Under the pieces are notes generated by a model. The model worked only from the letters and a program-made list of their open reading frames with translations. It ran no database searches and was not told the DNA's origin. A stretch of DNA of 33,997 nt from an uncultured Alistipes sp. (lineage in GTDB: Bacteria; Bacteroidota; Bacteroidia; Bacteroidales; Rikenellaceae). Made by a program: the position numbers and the translations under genes. Of the stretch, positions 10,136 through 19,198 are shown in pieces; position 1 is the stretch's first letter; each line of letters begins with the position of its first letter. Location: positions 1 to 33,997 of the forward strand of contig CAMWIG010000001.1 in assembly GCA_947174295.1 (NCBI GenBank). Reading direction: 5' to 3'.

Positions 10136-10162
10136 TCCGGGCGTCGCTGAGACAATTCCACA

Positions 10163-10192
10163 GACCGAACGGGCCCGACCGCCCGTTCGGTC
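10163..10192. other. Intra-operon GC hairpin without U-tract
   Basis: GACCGAACGGGC-ccgacc-GCCCGTTCGGTC, perfect 12-bp stem between the surface lipoprotein and GH16. Confidence 0.6.
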
Positions 10193-10247
10193 ACTAACGG
10201 GCCGCACGACGGCCCGACCTCGAACGAAACGAAACAGCTACTACTGT

Positions 10248-11213
10248 ATGAACACCATCACGCGCAACATGGCGACGCTGCTCGTGGCAGCCGCCACGCT
10301 CTGCATCGCCTGCGGAAACGACAACGAAATAAACCGCACACCCGACCAGCCCGAGCAGCCGGGAAATCCCGAAGAGCCGGGCAACCCCGAGCAGCCCGGA
10401 ATAACGGTTCCCGAAGGTTACACGCTCTTCTGGGCCGACGAGTTCGACGGCACGCAGCTCAACCTCGAAGACTGGAACATCGAAGTCAACGGCGACGGCG
10501 GCGGCAACAACGAGCTGCAATACTACTGCGAGCGCGGCGTGGCCGTGGGCGAAGACCCCGCGAGCGGCTGCACATGCCTCATTCTCAAAGCAGTCAGAGA
10601 GACATACATGGGCAAGAAAGTGACCTCGGGACGCGTCAACACGCAGGGCAAGGTGACCTTCCGCCACGGCCGCATCGACGCACGCATCAAGCTCCCCTCG
10701 ACGGCCGACGGTCTGTGGCCGGCATTCTGGATGATGGGCGACGACTACCGCACGGTCGGCTGGCCCGCCTGCGGCGAAATCGACATTCTCGAAATGGGCA
10801 ACGCCGACGGAATACGCAACGGCACGCAGGACCGCTACTTCAACGGCGCATGCCACTGGGGCACGGCGTGGAACGACCACATGTCGTATGCCTACGGGGT
10901 GACATACGACTATCCGTTGCAGGACGACGAATTCCACCTGATATCCTGCATATGGGACGACACGCGCGTGTCGATGTACGTCGACCTCGACCGCTACCCC
11001 GACGCGGCGCCCTACTACGACATGAACATCGCCGCCAGCAGCGACCCGCGTTCTCCGTCGAACTACTTCCACAAGGCGTGCTTCGTAATCCTGAACCTCG
11101 CCGTGGGCGGCGACTTCACGGGAATCCACGACATCGACCGCGTGACGGCTCTCGCCGCCGGCGAAGCGCGCATGTACGTCGACTATGTCAGAATCTTCAC
11201 CAAAAACGAATAA
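10248..11213 (+). CDS. GH16 endo-beta-1,3-glucanase (laminarinase-like), lipoprotein
   Basis: Start refined to ATG 10248; lipobox IAC; Pro-rich linker; LFWADEFDG, GNNELQYY, SGRVNT, GLWPAFWMMG, catalytic WPACGEIDILE, LNLAVGG, MYVDYVR. Confidence 0.93.
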   Translation: MNTITRNMATLLVAAATLCIACGNDNEINRTPDQPEQPGNPEEPGNPEQPGITVPEGYTLFWADEFDGTQLNLEDWNIEVNGDGGGNNELQYYCERGVAVGEDPASGCTCLILKAVRETYMGKKVTSGRVNTQGKVTFRHGRIDARIKLPSTADGLWPAFWMMGDDYRTVGWPACGEIDILEMGNADGIRNGTQDRYFNGACHWGTAWNDHMSYAYGVTYDYPLQDDEFHLISCIWDDTRVSMYVDLDRYPDAAPYYDMNIAASSDPRSPSNYFHKACFVILNLAVGGDFTGIHDIDRVTALAAGEARMYVDYVRIFTKNE

Positions 11214-11219
11214 TCAGCA

Positions 11220-12560
11220 ATGAAAAGACTCTTCATCATCCTGTCCGTATTCGCGATTTCGGCCTCCTGCTCGTCGTCCGACAACGGAGGCCCCGACAAC
11301 CCCGACGGTCCCGAACCCCAGCCGGGCGAAGTGGCCTGCGAGGATATCGCGGCCGACTACACGCTCGCTCCGGAGCGCAGCGCCAAGCGCGGCGTATCGT
11401 TCAACTTCCAGTATACGGCCGACGTCGAGCTGCTGGGCGACGCCATCTCGTGGTTCTACAACTGGGGCCCCGACGTAGCCAATCCCGACGTCGTAGAGCT
11501 CTACACGTCGAAGAACATCGACTTCTTCCCCATGGCATGGAACGGAAATTACAGCGCCGCACGTATCCGCAACTACAAGGCCGCTCACCCCGAGTGCCGA
11601 TATCTGCTGGCGTTCAACGAACCTAACCTCACCGACCAGGCCCGAATGACCCCCGCCGAGGCGGCGGCCCTCTGGCCCGAACTGCGCGACCTGTGCCGCG
11701 AACTCGGTCTGAAAATCATCGCCCCGGCCATGAACTACGGCACGCTGCCCGATTACAGCGACCCCATCAAGTGGCTCGACGAGTTCTTCGGGCTGGTGCC
11801 CGTCACCGACTTCGACGGTCTGGCAATCCACTGCTACATGGGTTCGGCGCAGTCGCTCAAAAGCTACGTCCGCCGCTTCTACAAATACGGACTGCCCATC
11901 TGGATGACCGAGTTCTGCGCCTGGGAGCAGAACATCGGCAACTACTCGGCGCAGATGCGCTTCATGTGCGACGCGCTGAGCTACATGGAGGCCGACTCCC
12001 ATGTCGAGCGCTATGCGTGGTTCATGCCGCGCGGCAGCAATGTCGACGTCGACAAATACCCCTTCTACTCGCTGCTGACCAAGACGCAGCCGTTCGAACT
12101 CACGCCGCTGGGCCGCGTCTTCTGCGCATTCCCCGCAATCGGCAGCACGACGACATACGCCAAGGGCGAGGTGATACCCGCCGAGCGGTTCTTCCGTTCG
12201 AGCGCTACCGTCACGGCCGAAGAGGAGGCTTGGAGCGCCTCGCCCCAGCTGCGGCCGACGACCGACAAGGGCGGCGGCGTGCTCGAAGTCTACAACTTCC
12301 TGACCGGCCAGTGGCTGGACTACAACGTATCGGCTCCGTCGGGCAAGGCGCGCATCTACATCCGCTACGCCGCATATCTCGACTCGGCAGCCACGATAAC
12401 AGTCGGCAATACGGCCTACACGGTCGACCTCCCCTCGACGGGCGACGACGACGTGTGGTCGACGGCGATTCTCGAAAGCGAGCTCGCCTCGTCGGCGAAG
12501 ACCATGCGTATCAAGGTCGACAAGGGCATCCTCAACCTGAACTGGATAATGATACGGTAG
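11220..12560 (+). CDS. GH128-like (Glyco_hydro_cc) beta-1,3-glucanase lipoprotein with C-terminal CBM6-like domain
   Basis: Lipobox SASC; SAKRGV, ISWFYNWG, FFPMAW, YLLAFNEPN (acid/base), IHCY, YGLPIWMTEF (nucleophile), VERYAWF; C-terminal beta-sandwich ending in LNLNWIMIR. Confidence 0.82.
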   Translation: MKRLFIILSVFAISASCSSSDNGGPDNPDGPEPQPGEVACEDIAADYTLAPERSAKRGVSFNFQYTADVELLGDAISWFYNWGPDVANPDVVELYTSKNIDFFPMAWNGNYSAARIRNYKAAHPECRYLLAFNEPNLTDQARMTPAEAAALWPELRDLCRELGLKIIAPAMNYGTLPDYSDPIKWLDEFFGLVPVTDFDGLAIHCYMGSAQSLKSYVRRFYKYGLPIWMTEFCAWEQNIGNYSAQMRFMCDALSYMEADSHVERYAWFMPRGSNVDVDKYPFYSLLTKTQPFELTPLGRVFCAFPAIGSTTTYAKGEVIPAERFFRSSATVTAEEEAWSASPQLRPTTDKGGGVLEVYNFLTGQWLDYNVSAPSGKARIYIRYAAYLDSAATITVGNTAYTVDLPSTGDDDVWSTAILESELASSAKTMRIKVDKGILNLNWIMIR

Positions 12561-12589
12561 AGACGAAACACTTCTTATTTTCATTTCGG

Positions 12590-12626
12590 GACGCACCCCG
12601 CCGGACACGGTTCGGCGGGGTGCGTC
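12590..12626. terminator. Strong hairpin at the end of the PUL (probable terminator)
   Basis: GACGCACCCCGCCG...CGGCGGGGTGCGTC 14-bp stem; no clear U-tract. Confidence 0.5.
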
Positions 12627-12692
12627 GCAAGACGGCTGCACGCGCACGAATAAATTTCGCCGCAACGCGAGTGAATATCGAAATATCTTTGC

Positions 12693-12700
12693 TATATTTG
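12693..12700 (+). promoter_or_regulatory. Bacteroidota -7 promoter element for the GT2 operon
   Basis: TATATTTG 26 nt upstream of ATG 12727. Confidence 0.6.
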
Positions 12701-12726
12701 CGTTTCGAAAATCAGCAGATTCGGGC

Positions 12727-13881
12727 ATGCACTATCTCGACATATTCGTCTCGCACTACGGCTGGGAGGGTTTTGCACTCGCCTGCGCCGCTTCGGTCAT
12801 GCTCATCGTGCAGCTGTACTACTATCTGGCCGTGTACGGACGCGTACCGGGCTACAAGAACAACCGCCGCAAGTCGATACTCGACGCCGAACCTCCCGTG
12901 TCGGTCGTCGTGCCGATGTTCTCCGAAAATACGGCCTTCATCGAGGAGACCCTGCCGAAGCTCCTCGGGCAGGCATACCCCGAATTCGAAATCGTCGTGG
13001 TCTACGTCGGCTGCGACAGCGACTTCTACGAAGACCTCGTGCGTCTGAGGCAGGCCCTGCCCCGTCTGACGACGACGAAAATAGAGTACAATCCCCGTTT
13101 CCCGATTTCGGTCAAGATGGCCCTCAACGTCGGCATAAAGTCGGCCCGCTACGAGCATATCGTCTTCACCACCACCGACGCATGCCCCGCTTCGGCATCG
13201 TGGATAGCGATGATGGCCAAGGGGTTCCTCAAAAGCGACATCGTGCTCGGCTACTGCGGCATAGAACCCGCCAGGGGATTCGCCCGCCGCTTCATGCGCA
13301 CCGACCGCATGATGTCGTCCGCAGCATGGATTGCCGCCGCAGTGCGCCGCCGCCCTTATCGCGGCATACGCCACAATCTCGGCATCACGAAAAGCGTCTA
13401 CTTCGGCTCGAACGGCTTCAACTGCCTGAACATGAACATCGGCGAGGACGACCTCTACATGATGGAGGTCATGCGCCCCGACAACGTGAGCGTCATTCTC
13501 TCGCCGCGCGCCGCCGTCACGGAGCATCCCTGGGGCGGTCTGGGCTGGTGGACGGGCCGACGGCGCCACTTCGGCTCGACATTCATGTTCTACCCCGACG
13601 GCGTGAAGAGCTACATTCGCTACGAGACGGGAAGCCGCACGCTCTTCTTCCTGACGATTGCCGCAGCGCTGGCATTCATGCCCTTGGAGTACAAGGCTGC
13701 GGCTCTCGTGCTGCTCCTCGTCCGCTATGCCGCCGTGGCGGTCACCGTAAACCGTCTGTCCAAGCGTCTGGGCGAAAAGGGCCTCGTCGGCCGGTATTTC
13801 GTCTACGACATGCTCTCTCCGCTCTACGACCTCGCAGTACGCATCTCGATGGTGCGCAAAGACCGCACGGTATGGAGATAG
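12727..13881 (+). CDS. GT2-family membrane glycosyltransferase
   Basis: N-terminal TM helix, PPVSVVVP, YPEFEIVVV, KMALNVGIKSARYEHIVFTTTDACP, GEDDL and C-terminal TM helices. Confidence 0.85.
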   Translation: MHYLDIFVSHYGWEGFALACAASVMLIVQLYYYLAVYGRVPGYKNNRRKSILDAEPPVSVVVPMFSENTAFIEETLPKLLGQAYPEFEIVVVYVGCDSDFYEDLVRLRQALPRLTTTKIEYNPRFPISVKMALNVGIKSARYEHIVFTTTDACPASASWIAMMAKGFLKSDIVLGYCGIEPARGFARRFMRTDRMMSSAAWIAAAVRRRPYRGIRHNLGITKSVYFGSNGFNCLNMNIGEDDLYMMEVMRPDNVSVILSPRAAVTEHPWGGLGWWTGRRRHFGSTFMFYPDGVKSYIRYETGSRTLFFLTIAAALAFMPLEYKAAALVLLLVRYAAVAVTVNRLSKRLGEKGLVGRYFVYDMLSPLYDLAVRISMVRKDRTVWR

Positions 13882-14447
13882 AGGAGTACATCATCGCCGA
13901 CGACCGCCGTCTGGCAGCTTTGGTCGTCGAGGGCGACATCGCAGCCTTCGAGTACCTCTTCGACCGCTACCGCGACGCCATACGCCGTCTGTTCGTGCAG
14001 CGCACGGGCAACGCCGACGACGCCGACGACCTGTTGCAGGAGACATTCATCAAAGTATATATCAACATCCACCGCTACTCGCCCGACTACACCTTCGGTC
14101 AGTGGATTTACACCATCGCACGCAACACCTTCATCGACTTCGTGCGCAAGCGTCAGGACGACCTCTCCATCGACGAGAAGTACTCGATACCCGTCGCTTC
14201 GCCCGCGCCCACGCCCGAGGAGCGCTACATCAACATCCAGCAGCGCGCCCAAATCGACGGATACATGGAGCGCATGCCGGCCGACTACCGCAAACTGATA
14301 CGCATGCGCTTCTTCGACGAGCTCTCCTACGAAGAGATAGCCCAGCGTCTGGCCATGCCGCTCGGAACGGTCAAGACCCGCATACACCGCGCGCGCGAAA
14401 GGATGTGCAGGCTGATAACGGAGGGCGAGAAAAACGGATGCAACTGA
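13872..14447 (+). CDS. ECF sigma-70 factor (SigW/RpoE-like)
   Basis: Start at ATG 13872, overlapping the GT2 end; GDIAAFEYLFDRY, DADDLLQETFIKVY, FGQWIYTIARN (region 2), LSYEEIAQRLAMPLGTVKTRIHRAR (region 4). Confidence 0.93.
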   Translation: MEIEEYIIADDRRLAALVVEGDIAAFEYLFDRYRDAIRRLFVQRTGNADDADDLLQETFIKVYINIHRYSPDYTFGQWIYTIARNTFIDFVRKRQDDLSIDEKYSIPVASPAPTPEERYINIQQRAQIDGYMERMPADYRKLIRMRFFDELSYEEIAQRLAMPLGTVKTRIHRARERMCRLITEGEKNGCN

Positions 14448-14502
14448 CAACCAGCGAAGGATTCAGCAATCACCGGCCGCCGGCCGCAACTTCCGATACG
14501 AT

Positions 14503-15126
14503 ATGACAGAACTCATAACGAAATATTTTCCCGACATCACCGCGCATCAGCGCGAACAGTTCGCTGCGCTCTACGGGCTCTACGCCGAGTGGAATGCCAA
14601 GATAAACGTCGTCTCGCGCAAGGACTTCGACCAGCTCTACCTGCGGCACGTACTGCACTCGCTCGCCATCGCACGCGTATGCCGCTTCGAGGCGGGAGCG
14701 CGCGTGCTCGACGTGGGATGCGGAGGCGGTTTTCCGTCGATTCCGCTCGCAATCATGTTCCCCGACGCGCACTTCACCGCCGACGACTCCATAGGCAAGA
14801 AGATAACCGTGGTGCGCGGCGTGGCCGAGGGTGCCGGCATCGGCAACGTGCGGCCCGTGAACGCACGCGTCGAGCAGATAGGCGAACGCTTCGACTACGT
14901 CGTCTCGCGCGCCGTCACCGAGATGCCGACATTCGTCGGGTGGATATGGAACAAAATCGACCGCGGACAGCGCGGAACCCTGCCCAACGGCATACTCTAC
15001 CTCAAAGGCGGCGACCTCGCGGATGAACTCGCCCGCACGCGCATGCAGTGGCGCGAATATCCCATCGCGGAGTTCTTCGAGGAGGAGTTCTTCGAGACCA
15101 AGAAGGTGGTCTACACAGCCCGCTGA
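14503..15126 (+). CDS. rsmG: 16S rRNA m7G527 methyltransferase
   Basis: WNAKINVVSRKD, RHVLHSL, VLDVGCGGGFPSIPLAI, DSIGKKI, DYVVSRAV, LYLKGG. Confidence 0.95.
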   Translation: MTELITKYFPDITAHQREQFAALYGLYAEWNAKINVVSRKDFDQLYLRHVLHSLAIARVCRFEAGARVLDVGCGGGFPSIPLAIMFPDAHFTADDSIGKKITVVRGVAEGAGIGNVRPVNARVEQIGERFDYVVSRAVTEMPTFVGWIWNKIDRGQRGTLPNGILYLKGGDLADELARTRMQWREYPIAEFFEEEFFETKKVVYTAR

Positions 15127-15154
15127 CGCAGCACGAACGCCCTGCACGAAAACG

Positions 15155-15195
15155 ACGAACCTCCCGCGACCTTAAAGTCACGGGAGGTTCGTTTT
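15155..15195 (+). terminator. Terminator between convergent rsmG and thioredoxin genes
   Basis: ACGAACCTCCCG...CGGGAGGTTCGT stem followed by TTT. Confidence 0.65.
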
Positions 15196-15228
15196 CCGAA
15201 ATATCGGCGCCCCGACCATGGAGCATGT

Positions 15229-15657
15229 CTACTGCTTTTCGGTACGCTCGCGGTACTTGTCGACTATGGTCCGCATATCCTGCATGAAGTCGTACTTGGA
15301 GCGTGCGCCCGACGAACGGCCCACCAGCTCCATGTCGGGCGTAAGAACAAGGAACGTAGGCACGGACGACACACCGTACTCGCCGGCTATCTGCTTTCCG
15401 TCGCGCGAGTCGACGTCGACCTTCACGCACACGAACAGACTGTCCATGAAGTCGCCCACCTCCTTCTCGGTGAAGACGTAGCGGTCCATGGTCTTGCACG
15501 GCCCGCACCACGTGGCGTGCACGTCCATGAATATCAGTTTGTTCTGTTCGCGGGCCTCGCGGAGCACCTCCAACGGCGTCTTGTTCACGAACCGCGTCTG
15601 GGCCCCGGCGGCGAATGCTCCGGCAAGGAGCAGCAAAGTAAGGAAAATCCGTTTCAT
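15229..15657 (-). CDS. Exported thioredoxin-fold protein
   Basis: Signal peptide MKRIFLTLLLLAGAFAAGAQ (ATG at 15657); KLIFMDVHATWCGPCK active site; cis-Pro loop YGVSSVPTF. Confidence 0.88.
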   Translation of the reverse strand: MKRIFLTLLLLAGAFAAGAQTRFVNKTPLEVLREAREQNKLIFMDVHATWCGPCKTMDRYVFTEKEVGDFMDSLFVCVKVDVDSRDGKQIAGEYGVSSVPTFLVLTPDMELVGRSSGARSKYDFMQDMRTIVDKYRERTEKQ

Positions 15658-15696
15658 AAGTCGTTTTTCGGGTTTCGGTCGCAAAATCCGCACCAA

Positions 15697-17931
15697 TCAA
15701 ATCTTCTTATACTGCAAACTCTTCAACACGCCCTTGTTTTCGAGGAAGTAACGCTGCGCTTTGAGCAGGTTGCGCGATTGCAGCACCATGCCCTTCGTCT
15801 CGCTCAGAATACCCATGTAGAGCATGCTCGCCTTGGTGTTGGAGCTGTTCGACGTCACGCGCTCCAACTCGGTTTTTATGGCCTCGGCGATGAGTTCGAA
15901 GAGGTTGTCGCGCAGCGAGAGCACCATGTCGATATTCTCGAAGTTGCCCGTGCGGAGCATCGTGTTTATCTGGCGGTAAATCGACTCAACCTCGTCGTTG
16001 ATGTGCATGAGGTCTTCGACCTGCTCCTTCGACAGACCCTCGTGGTTGTTGTCGATATGCTCGAAGGCCGGACGCACGATGTGCAGCAGCGACTTGGTCA
16101 TTTCGTTCAGATAGTCCACCGCCTGCACGTAGTACTGGGCAGTGTCGAGATCGGCCTCCTTGAACTTGCGTATGGTCGGCAGCAGTGCGTACTTGCGGTC
16201 GCGCGAGAGCTGGAAGAGCTCCTCGGCCTCCTTCACCATCTCGCGCAGCACCTTGCGGTTCTCCTTGAACACGGCGATGAGCGTGCGGTCGTAGAGACGC
16301 GTCGTGAGCTCCATGGTCGTGCACACTTCGTCGGTGATGTTGGCCATGATATCCTCTTCGGTGCCGGCCTTGGCCGTGTCGTGCTTGTCGGTCTTCTTCT
16401 TGCCGCTCAGGTTGCGGTAGAGCATGTAACCGCAGACTACCGACGTCACGACTATCGCCGCCGTGCCGCCGTAGATGAGAATCAGCCCGACGACATATGC
16501 GATAAGGAAGCCGCCCAGCGCCGTCACGAACCAGCCCATGACCACGGTAATTACGCCTGTAATGCGGTACACGGCCGATTCGCGCCCCCACGCCCTGTCG
16601 GCCAGCGACGAGCCCATGGCGACCATGAAACACACGTAGGTGGTCGACAGCGGCAGCTTGAACGACGTAGCCATCGAAATCAGCATGGCCGACGTGGTGA
16701 GGTTCACCGCGGCGCGTATCATGTCGTAGGGAGCGCCGCTGTGCTCGACATCCGCATACTCGAACCGCTTGGACACGCGATTGCGGATCTTCTCGGGCAC
16801 GACGGCCTCGATCGCCGTGTTTATGTTGAGCGCCGCGCGAACCAGCGTGCGCGAAAATGCCGACGAATCGCTCTGCACGCCGCTGTCCTCCTGCGCCGAA
16901 GTGAGCGACATCTCGCGTTCGGTGAGCACCGCCATAGCCTTGCGCGACGTCCACAGAGCCACTATCATGATGGCGCCGGCCGTGAGCAGCAGGTAGAAGT
17001 TCGCCGGGACGTTGTCGTTCAGCGCATCCATCGGCATCGACGGGTTGCCCGTAGCCTGCGCCACGTTGTAGGCGTCGAAACCTGCCACCGGCACACCGAT
17101 GAAGTTCACCAGGTCATTACCGGCGAACGAGAGCGCCAGCGCGAACGAGCCCGACAGAATGGTTATGCGCAGGATGTTGATTTTCAGACGTTGCAGGAAG
17201 AACAGCACCAGCGAACACGCCACCCAGCACACGGCCAGCGACGCCAGCGTGTAGTCGTTGACGAACTCTATGACGGGATTGCCGTGCAGCACCGACTTCA
17301 AGCCCTTGAACACGGCCACGTAGACGATAGCCGTGAGCGATATTCCGCACCAGAATGCGCCGAAGCGGCGGAACATGGCCGTATAGCGGAACGAGAATAT
17401 CATGCGCGAAAGGTACATCACCAGCGAACCGCACGAGAATGCGAGCACCACCGAGAGCAGAATCGCCGAGACGATACCCATAGCGCGCGAGGTGTTGATG
17501 AACTCGCCCAAATCGCTTATCGTCAGCGCCTCGCTGTCGGCGATTTTATAGGTCGAGACGGCCACCGCCGAACCAAGCAGACAGAATATCAGCGACACGG
17601 TGGTCGACGTAGGCAGTCCGAGCGAGTTGTAGAGATTCAGCAGGACGATGTTGGCGAACATCACGCCGAGGTACAGCACCATGACTTCGTGGAAGGTGAA
17701 GAGCCCGGGATTGAACATTCCGTTGCGGGCCACCTCCATCATGCCGCTCGACGTCACCACGCCGATGATGATACCCGCCGAGGCGACCAGAAGAATCGTG
17801 CGCATCGATGCGGCCTTGGAACCGATTGCGGAGTTGAGAAAGTTGACGGCATCGTTCGTCACGCCGAAGAAGAGACCCGAAACGGCGAGAATGCCGAGGA
17901 TGACGACGATCGCCATGTAGAGTTCACTCAT
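15697..17931 (-). CDS. PiT/PHO4-family inorganic phosphate transporter with C-terminal PhoU-like helical domain
   Basis: GVTNDAVNFLNSAIGS and FAGNDLVNFIG signature repeats, GLPTSTT and LPLSTTY motifs, many TM helices and a soluble helical C-terminus; start refined to ATG 17931. Confidence 0.88.
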   Translation of the reverse strand: MSELYMAIVVILGILAVSGLFFGVTNDAVNFLNSAIGSKAASMRTILLVASAGIIIGVVTSSGMMEVARNGMFNPGLFTFHEVMVLYLGVMFANIVLLNLYNSLGLPTSTTVSLIFCLLGSAVAVSTYKIADSEALTISDLGEFINTSRAMGIVSAILLSVVLAFSCGSLVMYLSRMIFSFRYTAMFRRFGAFWCGISLTAIVYVAVFKGLKSVLHGNPVIEFVNDYTLASLAVCWVACSLVLFFLQRLKINILRITILSGSFALALSFAGNDLVNFIGVPVAGFDAYNVAQATGNPSMPMDALNDNVPANFYLLLTAGAIMIVALWTSRKAMAVLTEREMSLTSAQEDSGVQSDSSAFSRTLVRAALNINTAIEAVVPEKIRNRVSKRFEYADVEHSGAPYDMIRAAVNLTTSAMLISMATSFKLPLSTTYVCFMVAMGSSLADRAWGRESAVYRITGVITVVMGWFVTALGGFLIAYVVGLILIYGGTAAIVVTSVVCGYMLYRNLSGKKKTDKHDTAKAGTEEDIMANITDEVCTTMELTTRLYDRTLIAVFKENRKVLREMVKEAEELFQLSRDRKYALLPTIRKFKEADLDTAQYYVQAVDYLNEMTKSLLHIVRPAFEHIDNNHEGLSKEQVEDLMHINDEVESIYRQINTMLRTGNFENIDMVLSLRDNLFELIAEAIKTELERVTSNSSNTKASMLYMGILSETKGMVLQSRNLLKAQRYFLENKGVLKSLQYKKI

Positions 17932-17979
17932 ATATGCAGATAAGTTGGTTTGTTTTTCAACAGCAGTTTTTTCAGCTAT

Positions 17980-17987
17980 CAAAATTA
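17980..17987 (-). promoter_or_regulatory. -7 promoter element for the phosphate transporter
   Basis: Minus-strand TAATTTTG about 50 nt upstream of ATG 17931. Confidence 0.55.
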
Positions 17988-18085
17988 CGCCAAATAGTTC
18001 GGCCCGCCAACTCGGCGGACAAATGTTAACGTTTATTTAACATGCACGCTGCCCGCGCATTACCGCAGCCGGGCGCAGCCGACGC

Positions 18086-18117
18086 AAAAAACGGGTCAGC
18101 ACCGCAGTGCTGACCCG
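18086..18117 (-). terminator. Rho-independent terminator after the glsB-like gene
   Basis: 11-bp stem CGGGTCAGCAC/GTGCTGACCCG with an A6 tract on + (U-tract on -). Confidence 0.75.
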
Positions 18118-18138
18118 CCTCGCAGGTATGCGTGCCCG

Positions 18139-19131
18139 TTACTCCTGTCTCTTGCCGGTGAAGCGGGCGAGCCGCTCGTGCAGACGCCGGCGGAAGGCTT
18201 CGCGGCGCATGCGCAGATTCTTGCGCCAGCCCTCCCAGCGTATGTAGCGCAGTTTCTTCTCGGGATAGATATCCTTTATGGTCACGAGTATTCCCGTCTC
18301 CTCCACATCGCCGAAATCGGGATTCGACACCGTGTCGAACACGCGCATCGTCGGCGAGAGGTTCATATAGGAGTTTATCAGCGGCGGGATGTTCTCGTTG
18401 AACTCGCGCACGCGGCGCACCAGAATGCGGTGGTTCTCCTCGTAGGTCTCGCCCGAGAAGAGTTCGTCGTAGTAGGGGTCGTCGAGGTCGAGCTCTATGG
18501 GGTGTATGCCCTTCACCAGCGAGTCGGGGTCGGCGAAGTAGCGGCGCAGGAACCATATCAGGGCGTTGCGCGCCACGGTCTTGTAGGAGGTGTACATCGT
18601 CACCTTGCCGAACAGATACTTAGCCTTGGGGTTCAGCACTATGAGCGCACCCAGACCGTCCCACAGATTGTCCAGCGCATAGATGCTCTTCGAGTTGCCG
18701 CGCACCTGATAGGCCGGCTGCACGAACGAGCGGCCCAGCTCGATGGTGTAGGGCAGGAACTCGCGGCGGAAACGATCGCTGAACGTGAAGTAGTGCTCCG
18801 TGGAGAGATGGCGCGGCATCGACGTGGTGCAGACGATGAAGCGGTATCCGCCGACAATCTCCTGCGCCGCCGGGTCCCAGACGATGAGCTGGTAGTAGCC
18901 GTCGCCGGCCAAATCCTCGGCGTCGATGTCGACCTCCGCACCCGTACCGCCCCCGGCGGCACGGAAAGCCACCTCGCGCAGACGCCCCACCTCGCGCATG
19001 AGCGACGGGCACTCGGCGGCGTCGAATATGTATATCTCGTTCGATGCTCTCTTCGTATCGCGTATCTTGCGCTCGGCCGTCAGCTCGGCCAGCAGCAACG
19101 CCCGGTCTACGGGCTCGATGATCTCTTTCAT
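18139..19131 (-). CDS. GNAT-family N-acyltransferase (GlsB/OlsB-like amino-acid lipid synthase; often annotated hemolysin)
   Basis: MKEIIEPVDRALLLAEL start; LMREVGRLREVAFRAAGGGTG, QLIVWDP, IVGGYR, IELGRSFV, LDNLWDGLG, IPPLINSYMNLSP, NPDFGDVEETGI. Confidence 0.8.
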   Translation of the reverse strand: MKEIIEPVDRALLLAELTAERKIRDTKRASNEIYIFDAAECPSLMREVGRLREVAFRAAGGGTGAEVDIDAEDLAGDGYYQLIVWDPAAQEIVGGYRFIVCTTSMPRHLSTEHYFTFSDRFRREFLPYTIELGRSFVQPAYQVRGNSKSIYALDNLWDGLGALIVLNPKAKYLFGKVTMYTSYKTVARNALIWFLRRYFADPDSLVKGIHPIELDLDDPYYDELFSGETYEENHRILVRRVREFNENIPPLINSYMNLSPTMRVFDTVSNPDFGDVEETGILVTIKDIYPEKKLRYIRWEGWRKNLRMRREAFRRRLHERLARFTGKRQE

Positions 19132-19198
19132 TCGGAATCTGAGTTTGTGTCGGGACAAAGTTATTCGGTCCGCGACTTCGATATAATCGTATAAATAC

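Noticed and set aside
10341-10400. Short repeats in GH16 (PDQPEQPGNPEEPGNPEQPG)
   Set aside because: An ordinary Pro-rich lipoprotein linker.
13182-13871. 421-aa version of the sigma factor
   Set aside because: The upstream part overlaps GT2 out of frame and looks non-coding; the ECF domain starts at ATG 13872.
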